Assembly (NCBI RefSeq): GCF_036321535.1
Contig: NC_087455.1
Span: forward strand, 10,602,001-10,666,000
Source of the DNA: Camelus dromedarius
Taxonomy: Eukaryota
Direction: 5' to 3'
Length of the DNA: 64,000 nucleotides
Position numbers and translations under genes: made by a program. Positions within the stretch are counted from its first letter, which is position 1, and each line of letters starts with the position of its first letter. Below are positions 1-12,152 of the stretch, in pieces. The notes under the pieces are model-generated. The model was given only the letters and a program-made list of their open reading frames with translations. It was not told where the DNA came from and did no database searches.

Positions 1-1639
1 AGAACTCGTCAACGATGATCAATTCCACCCCAGCTCCACGCTCTCCGAGAAACTGCCGACGAGTAGCTGTCATGAGGGTGGCAGCTCCTCCAACCCCGCC
101 GCACACACAGTCTCGGCCCCACCAGAGTGCTCCTCGCCAGGGACTGCCACCACAGGGTTGGTGGCTCTCTCCATGGGCCAGCGGGCAGCAGGGCTGAGAC
201 TCTTTCTATGCCCGGGACTTAGGAGTGCCCAGCACACAAGAGGCACTTAATGAATACCAGTGACATGGTGTTACACGAGGGGTCAATTCCCATCTATAAC
301 ACAGGAATGACAATACCACCTCCAGGATCGTTGGAAGGGAAAAATAACCCAGGAAATTAAACTGCTAACTAGGGTCCTCAATGGGGCAAAATCTCCTTAA
401 CTCCTGACAACCTGTATGGTCGGTAAACAGAGAGAAAAATTAAATGTGCCGATGACTTAGCACAATACCGCACATGCACTGGGGGTAAATACACAAATAT
501 ATACATGTGTGTGCATATGTGCATGTGGTATGTATGTCTATGTACGATGTACTTGCCAAGACAGAACTGTGTGTATGTGGTTGGCTTTAACTGACAGTGG
601 GGGAAGGGACCTAAGATGCAGCTCGCAAAGCTGGACCTGGTACTCGTCAGGTAAACCGACCACATACAGCTCATCTGCACAGTTAACTGGAGTCCAGTGA
701 AGGGCCCACAGAAGGCTGGGTGGGATTCAGCCACTTTAGTGGGAGTTGGATGAAGTCTGATGCTGGGAGAGGAGTGAACAGGGCTGACTGCCTTCAGGAC
801 TCACTTTGGAAGTCTTGCAGACAAGATGGAGAAGAAACTTGCACAAGTAAAGCTTTTAGCACGCCCTGCACTGTTCATGCCCACTGGAGAAAATCTATCT
901 CAAACTGACCCTGCGTCACTCCCTCACCCCTTCACTCACCTCTCAGCCAGGAGAGGGCCAGAGGGAAAGGAGGTAACGCCTAAATCGGATACTTGCTTCA
1001 GTGCACACCCGTCAAGGATGGGGGAGGAGCTGAAACATGGGCCTGAAACGCAGTGGCCGTGAACCCTACCTGCACCCTGGGGGCGCCCCACACCTGGGGC
1101 TGGACCCCCACTTGCTGCAACCACTGGAATTTGGAGAGGTGGGCTGTGAGTGCACGCTATTCCCAGCAAGATGCAGCCCCTGCTCTCAGCGCCCCTTCCT
1201 GACTACAGCCCTCGACTGGCCACGGCCGAAGGCCAGGCCCTCCGTGGGGGTGTTCCCAGGGATCTGGAGAACATTCGACAGAGGAAGCCCCGGGATGTGG
1301 CAGGAGGAGGAAATGGGGCAAAGCGGCCCTGCCAAGTTTTCCAGAGGAAATGAGTAACCCGTTGTTAGGCAGTTACACATCGCCAAGCGAGGAAGTGGCA
1401 TTGTCTGGGGACCAGCCGAGGGCCTTACATAACCGGCACCCCCTTGCATTCTGGCCGTGGCCGTATTTGGGGATTGGCAGCAGCATCTGATGAACACCTC
1501 TGCCCTGTGTAAACACTGGCTTTATTAGGGTGGCGGAGAGAGGTCTGGACCAGAGTCCCGCTTGGCTTGGTGCTAACAGTGAAGCTGACTCAGTCTCAGG
1601 AGCCCTCGTTCCGTCGGCTCACATCCGTGCAGCCGATGG

Positions 1640-1860
1640 GTGAGCCCGGGCTCAGGGGCCAGGCCGCCAGTCTCCATCCCCACCACCTCCCAGCTGTGTG
1701 ATCTGGACAAGTTGTTCAATTGCTCTGTGCCTCGGCCGCCCGAGCTACAAACCAGGGAAATCCTGGCACCCGAATCTCGGGGCTGCTGAGGGTGAACTGG
1801 AATCCTATGCACACAGTGCTCAGAACAATGCCTCGCACAAAATAAGCTTCAGTGACGTTC
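1640..1860 (+). mobile_element. MIR SINE (diverged, near full length)
   Basis: MIR core-like cagctgtgtgatctggacaagttgttcaattgctctgtgcctc, followed by 3' part gtgctcagaacaatgcctcgcacaaaataag. Confidence 0.7.
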
Positions 1861-2304
1861 CGAGCCGGGTGCTGGGGAGACACATCATGCTGTCCCCACC
1901 TCTGAAGGTAGGTAACAAAATAAAACATAAAATGAAGGGTCTTAGGGTCTGGACGGGGTCTAGCGGCTGCACCTGGAGGATCAGGGCGGTCACATCCCCT
2001 GGGGAGCCTTGGAAAAGAAAATGGACAAGGACCTCTCTGGAAGCAGCCAACAGAGGAGGGAGGCATGGAAATAAATGCTAAGTTCTTGCTGGAGGCGTCA
2101 GAAGATGAAAGTTGAGTTTAAGAAAAATCTTAAAATTCATTACAACTCGACGGATGTGGTCATGCCCCAGGATGCTGTGACCGAGGCAGACAGAAGGTGC
2201 CCAAAGGGAGTCAGTTCTCCATGGAGTCTGTTAATCCATCCACTGCTCTGTGTGTATGACCACCGCGTCACTGCCTACTCACCACGGCCCCTTCAGGGAG
2301 ACAA

Positions 2305-2394
2305 TGTCACACACACACATGCATGAACACATGAGCATGAGCAAACACACGCACGCACACACACGCGCGCGCGCACACACATACACACACACAC
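2305..2394. repeat. Compound (CA)n/(CG)n microsatellite
   Basis: cacacacacatgcatg...cacacacgcgcgcgcgcacacacatacacacacacac read directly. Confidence 0.9.
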
Positions 2395-2395
2395 C

Positions 2396-2490
2396 CTTTA
2401 TTTAAAGATGAGGAGATGGAGGCACAGGGAGTTTAAGTTCCCAGCAAAAGAACATTTACAGAATCCAAATTCAAACCCAGGTCTCTTTCT
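2396..2490 (-). mobile_element. MIR fragment
   Basis: aaagatgaggagatggaggcacagggag...ccaaattcaaacccaggtct resembles the reverse-complement MIR core. Confidence 0.6.
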
Positions 2491-2567
2491 CTCTCCACGA
2501 ACAGGATTTTTCCTCCTCCACTGATTGGTTACGTTATTATTATCACTATGATTTTGTCTAGAGTTCC

Positions 2568-3075
2568 TTTTTTATTGTGATATAGTTGACATATTATATT
2601 ATTTCAGGTGCACAGCATATGCATACACTGTGAAATGATCACCACAAGCAGTCTAATTAATATCCACGGCACACATCATTAGTATTTTTAAACATAATCA
2701 CAACCTTAGAGAAAAGCTGGGAGTACAGTGCAGATCCTTTTTCCCTATACCGTGTTAAGCAAGCAGCTGGCTGGCACCCCATCACCCCAGAACACTCCGG
2801 TGTGGACTTCCTAAAGCCAGGACATTCTCCCCAGAACGACGTTCCACCAGCAAAACTCAAATGACACTGATACATAACCAACATCCGGTTCTCACACCCT
2901 GGAACCATTCCCCTGTCCTTCCTTAACTCTCATGACCTTGACACTTCTGAAGATTACAGGGCGATTATTTTGAAGCCTGTCCCTCCGTTTGGGTTTGTCT
3001 GATTTTTTCTCATGATTAGATTCACATTATGCATCTTTATTAACTTCTTTTCTTCTTCTTTTTTTTTTTTTTTTT
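2568..3075 (-). mobile_element. L1M 3' UTR fossils (L1MA/MB-type 3' end plus L1MC-type segment)
   Basis: ttttttattgtgatatagttgacatattatattatttcaggtgcacagc (L1 3' end); ggacattctcccc, catgaccttgacacttctgaaga, gggtttgtctgattttttctcatgattagattca (L1MC4/5-like). Confidence 0.75.
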
Positions 3076-3287
3076 GCATAACTACAAAGCACAAGCTGGA
3101 GGAAAGATTTCCTGGATGAAAGTGAATAATCTAAGTCAACTGTCATTGTGATGACAACCTTCACCCCATCGTCTTTCACCAGTTGGGGGGAAATGGTGGA
3201 AGGTAGTCGATGGCTTGGGGGAGGGGATGGAACAATCACAGTTCAAGGAGGGACTATGGTTTCTACACAGCCGAGGAGATGCTGGCA

Positions 3288-3424
3288 NNNNNNNNNNNNN
3301 NNNNNNNNNNNNNNNNNNNNNNNNNNNNNNNNNNNNNNNNNNNNNNNNNNNNNNNNNNNNNNNNNNNNNNNNNNNNNNNNNNNNNNNNNNNNNNNNNNNN
3401 NNNNNNNNNNNNNNNNNNNNNNNN
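3288..3424. other. Assembly gap (137 N)
   Basis: N run. Confidence 0.99.
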
Positions 3425-4199
3425 TCTCCCCACTCCCGGCCCGCCTCTGTCGCAAAGTACAATACGTATGTTTATCTTGCTTCTAAGAAGGGGGATATTA
3501 AAATACTTGAGGATTTTCTCCTCCTAGCCCTGGCATGCTGGCTCCCGGCGGCTGCACGGCCACGTATAATGAAGTGCAAAAGCAACAGTCAATTACGGCT
3601 TTCGCAAACACAGGGACCTTTCCTGAGGTTGGAAGTCGCATCACTTGAAAGGCTGACTTTCTTCAAACTTCCAGGAACCGAGTGGCCCACAGCCCGTCCA
3701 TTTAAAGGTCAAGCCAGCCCTGCTGTATTTGGAGGGCTGCCACCAACACAAGCTTATTCTCGGCCCCTCTCCGCAGCCACCGCAACGGGCCAGGCTGTGA
3801 GCAGCACTGTGTCCCCTTCAAAGGGAAGGGAGGACCGCCAGAGACGGAAGGAGGCAGGGCCAGAGATGGGGAAGTGACCGTCGCCTCCCCCTTGCCCACT
3901 GCACCCCTTTGCGGGGCAAGGGTGGGAGCCAGTGGTTCACAGAGAGAACTCCCCCACGGCTGACCCTTGAAATCAATGATTCCAATTTCCAGGGACATGA
4001 CGGTCCTTTCTGTCCCTCTTTTAGCTCAGCTCTCTGGGCCCGAGCTCGGGAGGAGCAGATGGAGGGCAGCAGCAGGAGATGGCCCCCAGGCCCTCTTATA
4101 AGGTGACCAGCGGGACCACAGCCCAACTCACCCCCCAACCACATACCAAACCTTTTGAAAGAGTTTAACCCTTAGCTTGACATGAACTCACACAGCTCT

Positions 4200-4760
4200 G
4201 CATTCATTTAATTCCATGTGCTTGTTTGGTATCTGCTTACCAAATCTTCCAAGTAACTGCTGGCTGATACAGAGGTGACAGGTACGGAGAAATCACTGCT
4301 GACACAGCACCTACCATGTACATGGGGTCCTGTCGGTGGGTGGTAAGCACAGCTCGCCAACCCAACGTCACCCAGCTAGTGAGGGATGGGGTCAGAATCC
4401 CAATGGCCACCCATCTGACTCCAGAACACCCTCTCCTGTTTCATCATAGCCTCCACACACACCCCACGTTCAAGAAGTCTACAACGTAGTGAAGAGATAA
4501 GCCCTACAGATCTACACTATCTGGCAAGTCCTGCTATGATGGGAGGTTTCGATCCCCCTGCTGGGCACCCGGGAAGGCTTCAGGGAGGAGGTGGCATTTG
4601 ATCTTTGTCTAAAACGAGGCTCAGAGAAAAGGAAGAGCAGCCCAGGAAGAAAGTACAATATGAACAAAAGCAATGAGACCTGAAAAGGTCATGGAGGGAC
4701 GGATAATACCTGGCTGCAGAGGCTAAAGCCCGGAGTTGGTAAGGAGTATGGGGGTCCTTT
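4200..4760 (-). mobile_element. L2 fragments, probably with an intercalated MIR piece
   Basis: cattcatttaattccatgtgcttg...; ggaaggcttcagggaggaggtggcatttgatct is typical of reverse-complement L2. Confidence 0.55.
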
Positions 4761-5929
4761 GGGACGTTTTCCCAGCCCCTGTGTGCAGAACACGGACTCT
4801 ACCAGTCACCGTGCTGTGTCACCCATCCAAGTTATCCTGATCCTCGGAACAATGCCGAGAAGTCGCGATGACCAGGTCAGGGCGAGGCAGGGCCACACCG
4901 GACTCCAGGGTCACCGGAACCGAGGCTGGCGAGCCGCCTGGGTGCCTTCTCGAGCTTTTTCTTTCTGCTGAGGTCATTGTGGACACAGGAAAGGACGCTC
5001 ACGGAGAGCGAAGGGAGAGAGGGAAAGGAAAGAAACGGGGAGGGAGGGGATGAAGGAGGGGAACCAGGCCAGGACTGTGATTCAGTGCAGACCATTCTGA
5101 GGGTCCAATGAGCCTGAAGAGACTTTGAAACCAAAATCAGCAAAAGCAACCCTTCAGCGGGCCAAGTCAGGAAGCTCAGGCAGAGGATCTCCAGGACTAA
5201 ACGTCATCAGAGGGGACCCTGGAAGGGACTTGTTCCGGGATAGTGTCTCAGGCTGCATACGGTCCCCAGAGACAGACCCTGAGACGGGAACTCCTGCCTG
5301 CGAGTCACCGGGAGTGTGGGAGAAAGGGAGCTGGGGACGCAGGACGGGCAGGGAGGGCTCAGCCTGGTCCCTCCGGGAGCTCTGGTACGTAAGGGGTACC
5401 ACGGAGTTCACCCCGCTTTGAAGCAAGGGGGCTGGCCTTTTGTACGCCTGAGTCAGCAGGGGCTGGGGGCAGGGGGTGGGGTGAGCAACTTCCCGGATGA
5501 GGCAGCGAATCCCCGGAGAAGGGGACGGCACACCGTGAACTGGAGCAGCTGGGGAGGGGGTGAGTGTGCCGGTCCGGCAGAGGGGGCCCGGGCGGGGCAC
5601 CAACAGCACCCACTGCAGTTAGTCACAGCAGAATGACTGGGAGATGACCGGGAATAATAATGGCTCCCTTTTTTTTTTTTTTAACATTTCCTGCAGAGTC
5701 TGGAGGCTAAGCCAGAGACCCAGCCTGGGCTGAATCAGCCTTTCAAGCAAGTGTGGAAACACCTGGGGTTCGAGAGACACCGAGGGTGAGAAGAGCCTCG
5801 GGACGAGGAGCCGGACGCAGACGGGTGTCTGGAGGGGGTGAGAAGAGGGGCTGCTCTGGAGAATCATCTGTCTTCTCCACGCCTCCCTCCTAAAGAGGGT
5901 CAGCATGTGGCACCCAGTGAAACGGGCCG

Positions 5930-6213
5930 AGAACACAAACTTGTGTGTGAAATGTCCAGAACAGACAAATCCAGAGAGACGGAAAGTAGATTAGTGGTTT
6001 CCTAGGGTTGGGGTAATGGCGGGGGGTCAGTGCTAATGGACACAAGATTTCTTTCGGGGGTGATAAAAGCGTTCTAAAATGGATTGCAGTGATGGCTGCA
6101 CAACTCCACAAATATACTGAAACCACTGAATTGTACACTTTAAATGGATGATTGGTAGGGTATGTGAATTGCATCTCAATATAGCTGTTACTAAAAAAAG
6201 AAAGAAAGAAAAA
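5930..6213 (+). mobile_element. L1MB-type 3' end with A-rich tail
   Basis: gaaatgtccagaacagacaaatccagagagacggaaagtagattagtggtt ... ttgtacactttaaatggatga...gtgaattgcatctcaatatagctgttactaaaaaaagaaag. Confidence 0.9.
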
Positions 6214-9200
6214 GTTTTGCTGTCGTATGAAGGAACGACATTAATAACATCACCAATGATGGGTTCCAGCCAACTGTCCAGGAATGGTAGCCAGGGGCTT
6301 CTCAAATACAGTGTGCTGGGTCTGAACAACTCCACGAACACACGGACTTGTGTCCCCGAACACACCCTCCCAAAAGAGAGGAGATACACCATCTGCAAAC
6401 CTTTTTGCCAAAGGATTTGCAGAATAGCTGCTGCCCCTCTCCACCGTCACCCTCAAAAAACTCTGACCCTCGCAATCCAACGCCACAAAAGAGGGGCCAC
6501 GCAGCAGCCGGCCAGAAACTCTTATTTTGTCTCCTGCCCCAAGCAATTCCTAAACAGTGGGAGTTAAATATTTATAAAGCAGTCACTGTTTGTTTAATGT
6601 TCGATCTGTACCGGTGAAGCCTGATGCAGGGAAATGCTGAAGTGACAGCTGATTATACAGCACAGGGGAGCACCACGCCCCCAACGGGCAGCCTGACAGT
6701 TACCAGGACTCTGGCCTCACCTCCCAGCCCGGCCCCCTCCTCCTATTCCTCCTCCTCCTCCACAAGCCCACAGGTTGGGAGGGGTCTCCCGGTGTTTAGC
6801 CTCCTCTTCCCCAGGCCCCGAGGAACAAGACAAAACAGCCCTTTCCCCCAAAGCCACAGGTCTCGCGGCTCTAAGTAGCTCCTGAGAAAGTGGGGTGTTG
6901 GGAGGTCGAGGTCTGGCTCCGCAGACCCCACCACACAGAAAGGGGTGGGGGGCTCCAAACCGGGGCAGAGCGAGAGGGCACTATTGTAGACAAGGGCGCT
7001 TTCTGAGGCCTCCCCAGGATCGCCCTCCTCACGCTTGTCTGACACCCAGGGCCTGGCAGCCCCCGTCTGCACCCCGGATGGTGAGGGCAAAGGCTGCCAT
7101 CCCACTGCACAGGATGCCTGAGGGGCCCAACGCTCCCCGGAGACCCCTCTCATTAATAAGATGGTCCTTTAAGGCGTCACACAATGATGAGGGCGACCGC
7201 CGCCACCTGCTTCCAATTCCCAGTTCTGCTCGCACTTGACAGTGACCCCTGGCAATCCCAGTCCCTGTCCCAGCCGTCCTCAGGGCCTAATCAGCCCACG
7301 AGCACAAACGTGCTGGGGGAGGAAGTGAACTTTGTGGACTACAAAACGCTGCCCGAAACACACGTCAGGCGCTCTCAACGTTGCCAGTAACCTGCAGGGT
7401 GGGGAGGCAACCACTGGCTTCCCCAGCTCCCGGGCCCCCAGGACTCCTGCTGGGGCCTGGACACCTGTAACGGCCGCAAATACACAGAGGTCACACAGCC
7501 TATTACCCGGGGAACAGCTTCACTGGAATCTCCAAACTGCCTTCCCCATTCAGTCTAGGACTCCCCACCCATCCTGTTTTCACCAGGCCGGTCCAGAAGG
7601 ACAAGGAGAGGGAGGGCCAACGTGCCACCCACCTCCCTCCAGGGAATGGTGCCAGGCCAGGGAGACCTGGGGAAACAGGGGTCCTCCCCTGCACGTGGAA
7701 TCTCTGGTGAATGCAGTGCCGGGGGGAGAAGGGAGCTGAGAACGGCAGGGAGGGCAAGGAAGAGGGAACAGCAGGAGCAAAGATTCAGGGCCTGGAACTG
7801 CGTGGAGAAGAGGACCCAGAGAAAAGCCACTTGCAGTGAAGCCGCTTAAAATAAGGCCCAGCTATTCAGAGTAAGTAGGGTACATGTGTGTCATGGGGAG
7901 GGAGGGACTTTATCTCAAAAACACAAACTGTCACCACTGGCTTCTGCTTCCCAGCCCTACCTCTCATTTGGCTGTGACCTTGGGCCACTCCTGTCACTTG
8001 TCCTACAGCCTCTTTAGGGGACAACTTTATCTAGAAAAAGGAAACACAGAGTCATAAAGTAGTCTATATTCATAAATTACTACCTTATCATGTATAGATT
8101 ATGTGTATGACAGACAATTGATAACAAATTCTAACCTTTTGCCCGTCTTATACTTAAATTTGAAGGCGTCATTTTAAACTATGCTCTGGGTGTTAGGTTC
8201 CAGAAAGAATGAATCTAAGTTCTCACAAAGTATCAATATCTTTACTCCTCATCATTAAAAGCATTGTTTGCAAAAGATCTTTCAGGACTGCATTGACATC
8301 CCCAAGACCTCTCTTAGTATTTTGACTTTTCAGTCACTCACTCCTAACCTCCTAGAGGGTCACCATCAGTTCCTTCTCTTCCCCACAGTTAGCTGGTCCG
8401 ACTCCGCCAGGGTCCTCCAGGCCTCCGGACAGCAGGACAAGCCCCTTCCTGCTTCACTTCCCTTTAGCACCTAGGGCTGTAGGAAGCACCTGATGTTTAC
8501 CCTTTAGTTCCTTTTACAGTTGCTCCCCCCACCCCAAGAGGTCTCATGAGGGCAGGGACTTGCGTCCATTTCGTTGGCTACTCCCTGGCATATCAGGCAC
8601 TGGGTCAGTGCCTGGCACACAGGGGGCTCTGGGCAAGTGCTCCGGATTCAAGCAGCCCGCCCGCAGCACTTCATCTGCATCGTGAAACCCTGCAGTCCGA
8701 GCAAGACCGCAATTTCTGGCATCTGGTCTGCCTTGGATAGAACAGGCCCTGTTATCCAACTCTCCCACTGTCACGTTGTTGAACGAGTGGCAGCCGTAAA
8801 CAGGAGAGACACGTAGAGGTTTTACGCTGATTGGCCAACCTAAAGGCAGGGTCTTTCTTTGGCCCGTTGACCACAGATGCAAATGGTCTTCCTTGCAAGA
8901 TACATACCCATGATTCTACAATTTCTGATTTCCATTTCTTCAAAGTAGTGCAAAAGTGAGTCATCTGCAAAACATATGGAATACAGCTTCCTTAGAGTTT
9001 TACAATTTTTTCTGCCTATTTTTTACAGCTGTTTTGCCTCTTACGTGATTTGGTGACAATTTTTTAGCAAATCACCATGATCCGTTCCTTCCAGAGCACT
9101 AAACTTAGTTTTCATGCTGCAGCTCAGTCCTCATCGGTTTATGTCGTATGCAGTTACCAACTCACTTCTGGCCAGCACATGAATCAAGAGGTGAGAAAAG

Positions 9201-9221
9201 CCTGGCGGATACATCAATATC

Positions 9222-9450
9222 AATAGCTAACATTTAACAGGGGTTTACCCGGTGCCAAGCAACACCGTTCTAACCCTTTATATGTATTAATTCATTTAAT
9301 GCCATAATCACTCCAGAAGGTAGGTACTAGCATCAGTCTGATTTTACACATGAAGCATACAAGCACAGAGAGGTTATTTAACCTGCCCAAGGTCACACAG
9401 CTGATGGGGGCAGAACAAAGTTTTGAATCTGGAAAATTGGGCTTGTGAGT
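9222..9450 (-). mobile_element. MIR SINE, near full length
   Basis: aatagctaacattta...tcatttaatgccataa...gagaggttatttaacctgcccaaggtcacacagct. Confidence 0.85.
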
Positions 9451-11717
9451 AGCCCACCAGCCCTGAGCCTTCAGGAAGCCTGGGACTTTGCTCGGTTTGC
9501 TGTGCAAAGGAAACAGGCAGCATCAACTCATTATCCAGGGAGGAAGCCAAAGGGAGGTCAGTGAAGAATTTCTGCTAGTCTTGCCCTGGACTGACAGATG
9601 TGTACCACAGCTGGCAACCAGTGAATGACTGATGATCATCGGATGTGGGTGGGCTGGACTTGAGTAGTGAGTTTGTGAGTGCAGATTTTCATGTTGTGAT
9701 GACTTTTGTGTCCCTGTGCAATCTGTCTGCAGGAACATGGATGGCAAGGACCCCTCAGCTTCCATGGGGCTGGAACATGAACTGCTAGTAGGGGAGGGCA
9801 AGAGATGAGGCTGGGTTCAGCGATAAGGGCAGATGTGTCAGGCCAAAGGATTTGGATGCAATACCATCTAGAGATGGTTCTTCACATGCAGGGACCGGCC
9901 AGAAAGTGCTCCCGGCCTGTGGAGGCTCGGAGCAGAAGGCCTGAGATTCAGAGACTCCCCAAACCGCTGGTGTGCACTGCAGTGCAGGAGGATGGGGAGA
10001 GAATCCTGAAAACAGGAGTCGCCGGCAAGGGTCATTCTCGCCTCTTCCTTTATACTTCAGCATTGGGCCGGTCCAGTTCCGGTGGCACTGCCCACCCCGG
10101 ATGCAAGGCAAGACACGAGCTGGGCTTTGATAGCAGAGATGAAAGGCAGGGCTGCAGTGCGCATGAGGGCCGAACAAATGTCAGCTGCTTTCATCAGGAA
10201 AACCCCAAATTACCCACTCTCACACACAGGCTTTCATCTCCTCCCGGGCAAGCAGAGGCTGCTTATTAGAAAAGCTGCCTTGTCCGCAATCTCCCTTGCG
10301 GGAGATGGGGTTGACGGGCAGAAGCCAGCGTGACCCTCAGCATCACTGCATCCCTCAGGACCGCTCCAAGGAGCGGCTGGGCCGTCGGAAACACAGGCTC
10401 CACTCTGCCCTTCGCCACAGGACGCTGACTAAGCGGACAGAGAGGAGGTCTGTCCAGGCCAGCCGCCACCACTGCATGGGGAGGGCGATGCCAACAGACG
10501 GCTGCGCCCGGAGCCGGCTGCAGGAGCACCGAGCCGGCCAAGCCGCCGCGCCTCCCACACACACAGCCTGAGGCCCCAGGAAGCGGAGGTTTGGGACCAC
10601 AAACATCAGTGCACAGGAGGGCTGAGCGGCCCTTCTTTCTGCTTTCTTTCTTTCTGTCTCCTCCAGCAAAGCCGGCAATTGGGAACTCCACATTACAGAT
10701 GCCTGTGGCCCAAAGGGGCCACTTGAGGTCATCGTCGACTCGGTTCCCCTACATCAAGACAAGCCTGTCCTGAAGCTGTCACAGGAGGCCACAATCCTCA
10801 GTGAAGGGTCTTAAGGAGAGGCTGCTGGCCTCCTCGGCTGCTACCAGAACAGCCTGCACCTTCCCGGACCACAGCACTCATTACATCTGACTGTCCTCTT
10901 TTATTCAGAGATCTCTGTCCCACTTGTGGCTGTGAGTGCTTAAGGCCAGGGACTCCAATTAACCCTCTCTGTATCTTCAGGGTGTAGCATAATGCCGGGT
11001 CCAGAGGGGCTGCTTAGTGACAGTGCACGGGTGGGTGGGTCAGCAGATAGATGGACGGAGGGTCGGTGGACGGAGGTCCAGGAAGAAAAGGGGAAGAGAG
11101 ACAGAAGATGGTTGCCATTAGGGGCTATCAAATGCACCCACTATAGAGAGCCAGTATCATGAATTTGGGAGCCAAAAGGGAATGAGAGTTCCTCCAAGTC
11201 TCACCCCAATCCTCACTTTGCAAATGTGAAAACTAAGATTCCAACACGAGAGGCCTTGCCCAGGTCGTGTGATAGAGGGTAAGTGAATCCACAGTAACAC
11301 CCAGGGCCTTTGGCAGCCTCAAAGGGCAAGAATGAAGGGCAACCCATCCCGCTGTCACAGCCAGGATGACACTCACGCCCCCAACTTGCTTGTGGAGAGG
11401 CCCACCACTGACTCCGACACATCGAGCTTCAGCTCCGTGCTCCTAAAAGTGTGATGGAATCAGGCGAGAAGAAATGCAGGTCTCCGGCCGTTGCAAGCAA
11501 GCTTAAGGCGACAGCCTGACAATTTCCACCAGGAAAGCCAGTCCTGCTGCTGCCCAAGATCACACACCTCTTCAGGGCGAGCAAGGACTAAAGCTGAGCA
11601 TTTCCATCTTCCTCCATCCTGTCTCCCTGCAGTAATTCCTGCTACGAAAGAAAAGGCAGCCAAAAACCCAGGGACCAGAACGAAATCACCCATCTCCAGC
11701 ATGGTTGTGAATAAATA

Positions 11718-12152
11718 CAAACACACCCCAGAGACACTGCGGCTTTGGTTCCAGGCCAGGGCAGTAAGCTGGTATTGCAATAAAACAAGTTGCACCAATA
11801 CTTTTTGGTTTCCCAGTGCATCTAAAAGTTATGTTTACACCACACTGTAGTCTATTGAGCATGCAACTGCATTACATATCAAAAAAAAAAAATGTACATA
11901 CCCTAACAAAACAAAGCAAAAAATCTACCATAGTAACCACCAAAGATCACTGATCACAGGTCATCATAACAAATGNNNNNNNNNNNNNNNNNNNNNNNNN
12001 NNNNNNNNNNNNNNNNNNNNNNNNNNNNNNNNNNNNNNNNNNNNNNNNNNNNNNNNNNNNNNNNNNNNNNNNNNNNNNNNNNNNNNNNNNNNNNNNNNNN
12101 NNNNNNNNNNNNNNNNNNNNNNNGTAAAGCATAATAAAATGATGTATGTCTG
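11718..12152 (-). mobile_element. Non-autonomous Tigger1 internal-deletion derivative (Tigger1a-like; TcMar DNA transposon), spanning a gap
   Basis: TA at 11716-11717, then a decayed TIR; tttttggtttcccagtgcatctaaaagttatgtttacaccacactgtagtctattgagcatgcaa matches the Tigger1 end; aaagatcactgatcacaggtcatcataac and the post-gap gcataataaaatgatgtatgtctg match the opposite end. Confidence 0.85.
11976..12123. other. Assembly gap (148 N)
   Basis: N run. Confidence 0.99.

Noticed and set aside
1-75. Minus-strand frame ending ...GAGVELIIVDEF at the window edge (Walker-B or GT2-like look)
   Set aside because: Too short and truncated, with no supporting acceptor or other exons. It cannot be evaluated without the adjacent sequence.
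378-734. ORF with a 'CGPF' motif reminiscent of TMC proteins
   Set aside because: A four-residue match only. The rest runs into a TG/TA low-complexity tract, and there is no convincing exon structure.
3136-3877. Several ORFs of 70-220 aa
   Set aside because: They are open only because they run through the 137-N gap; the same applies to ORFs at 11947-12307, 16307-16886 and 62401-62736.
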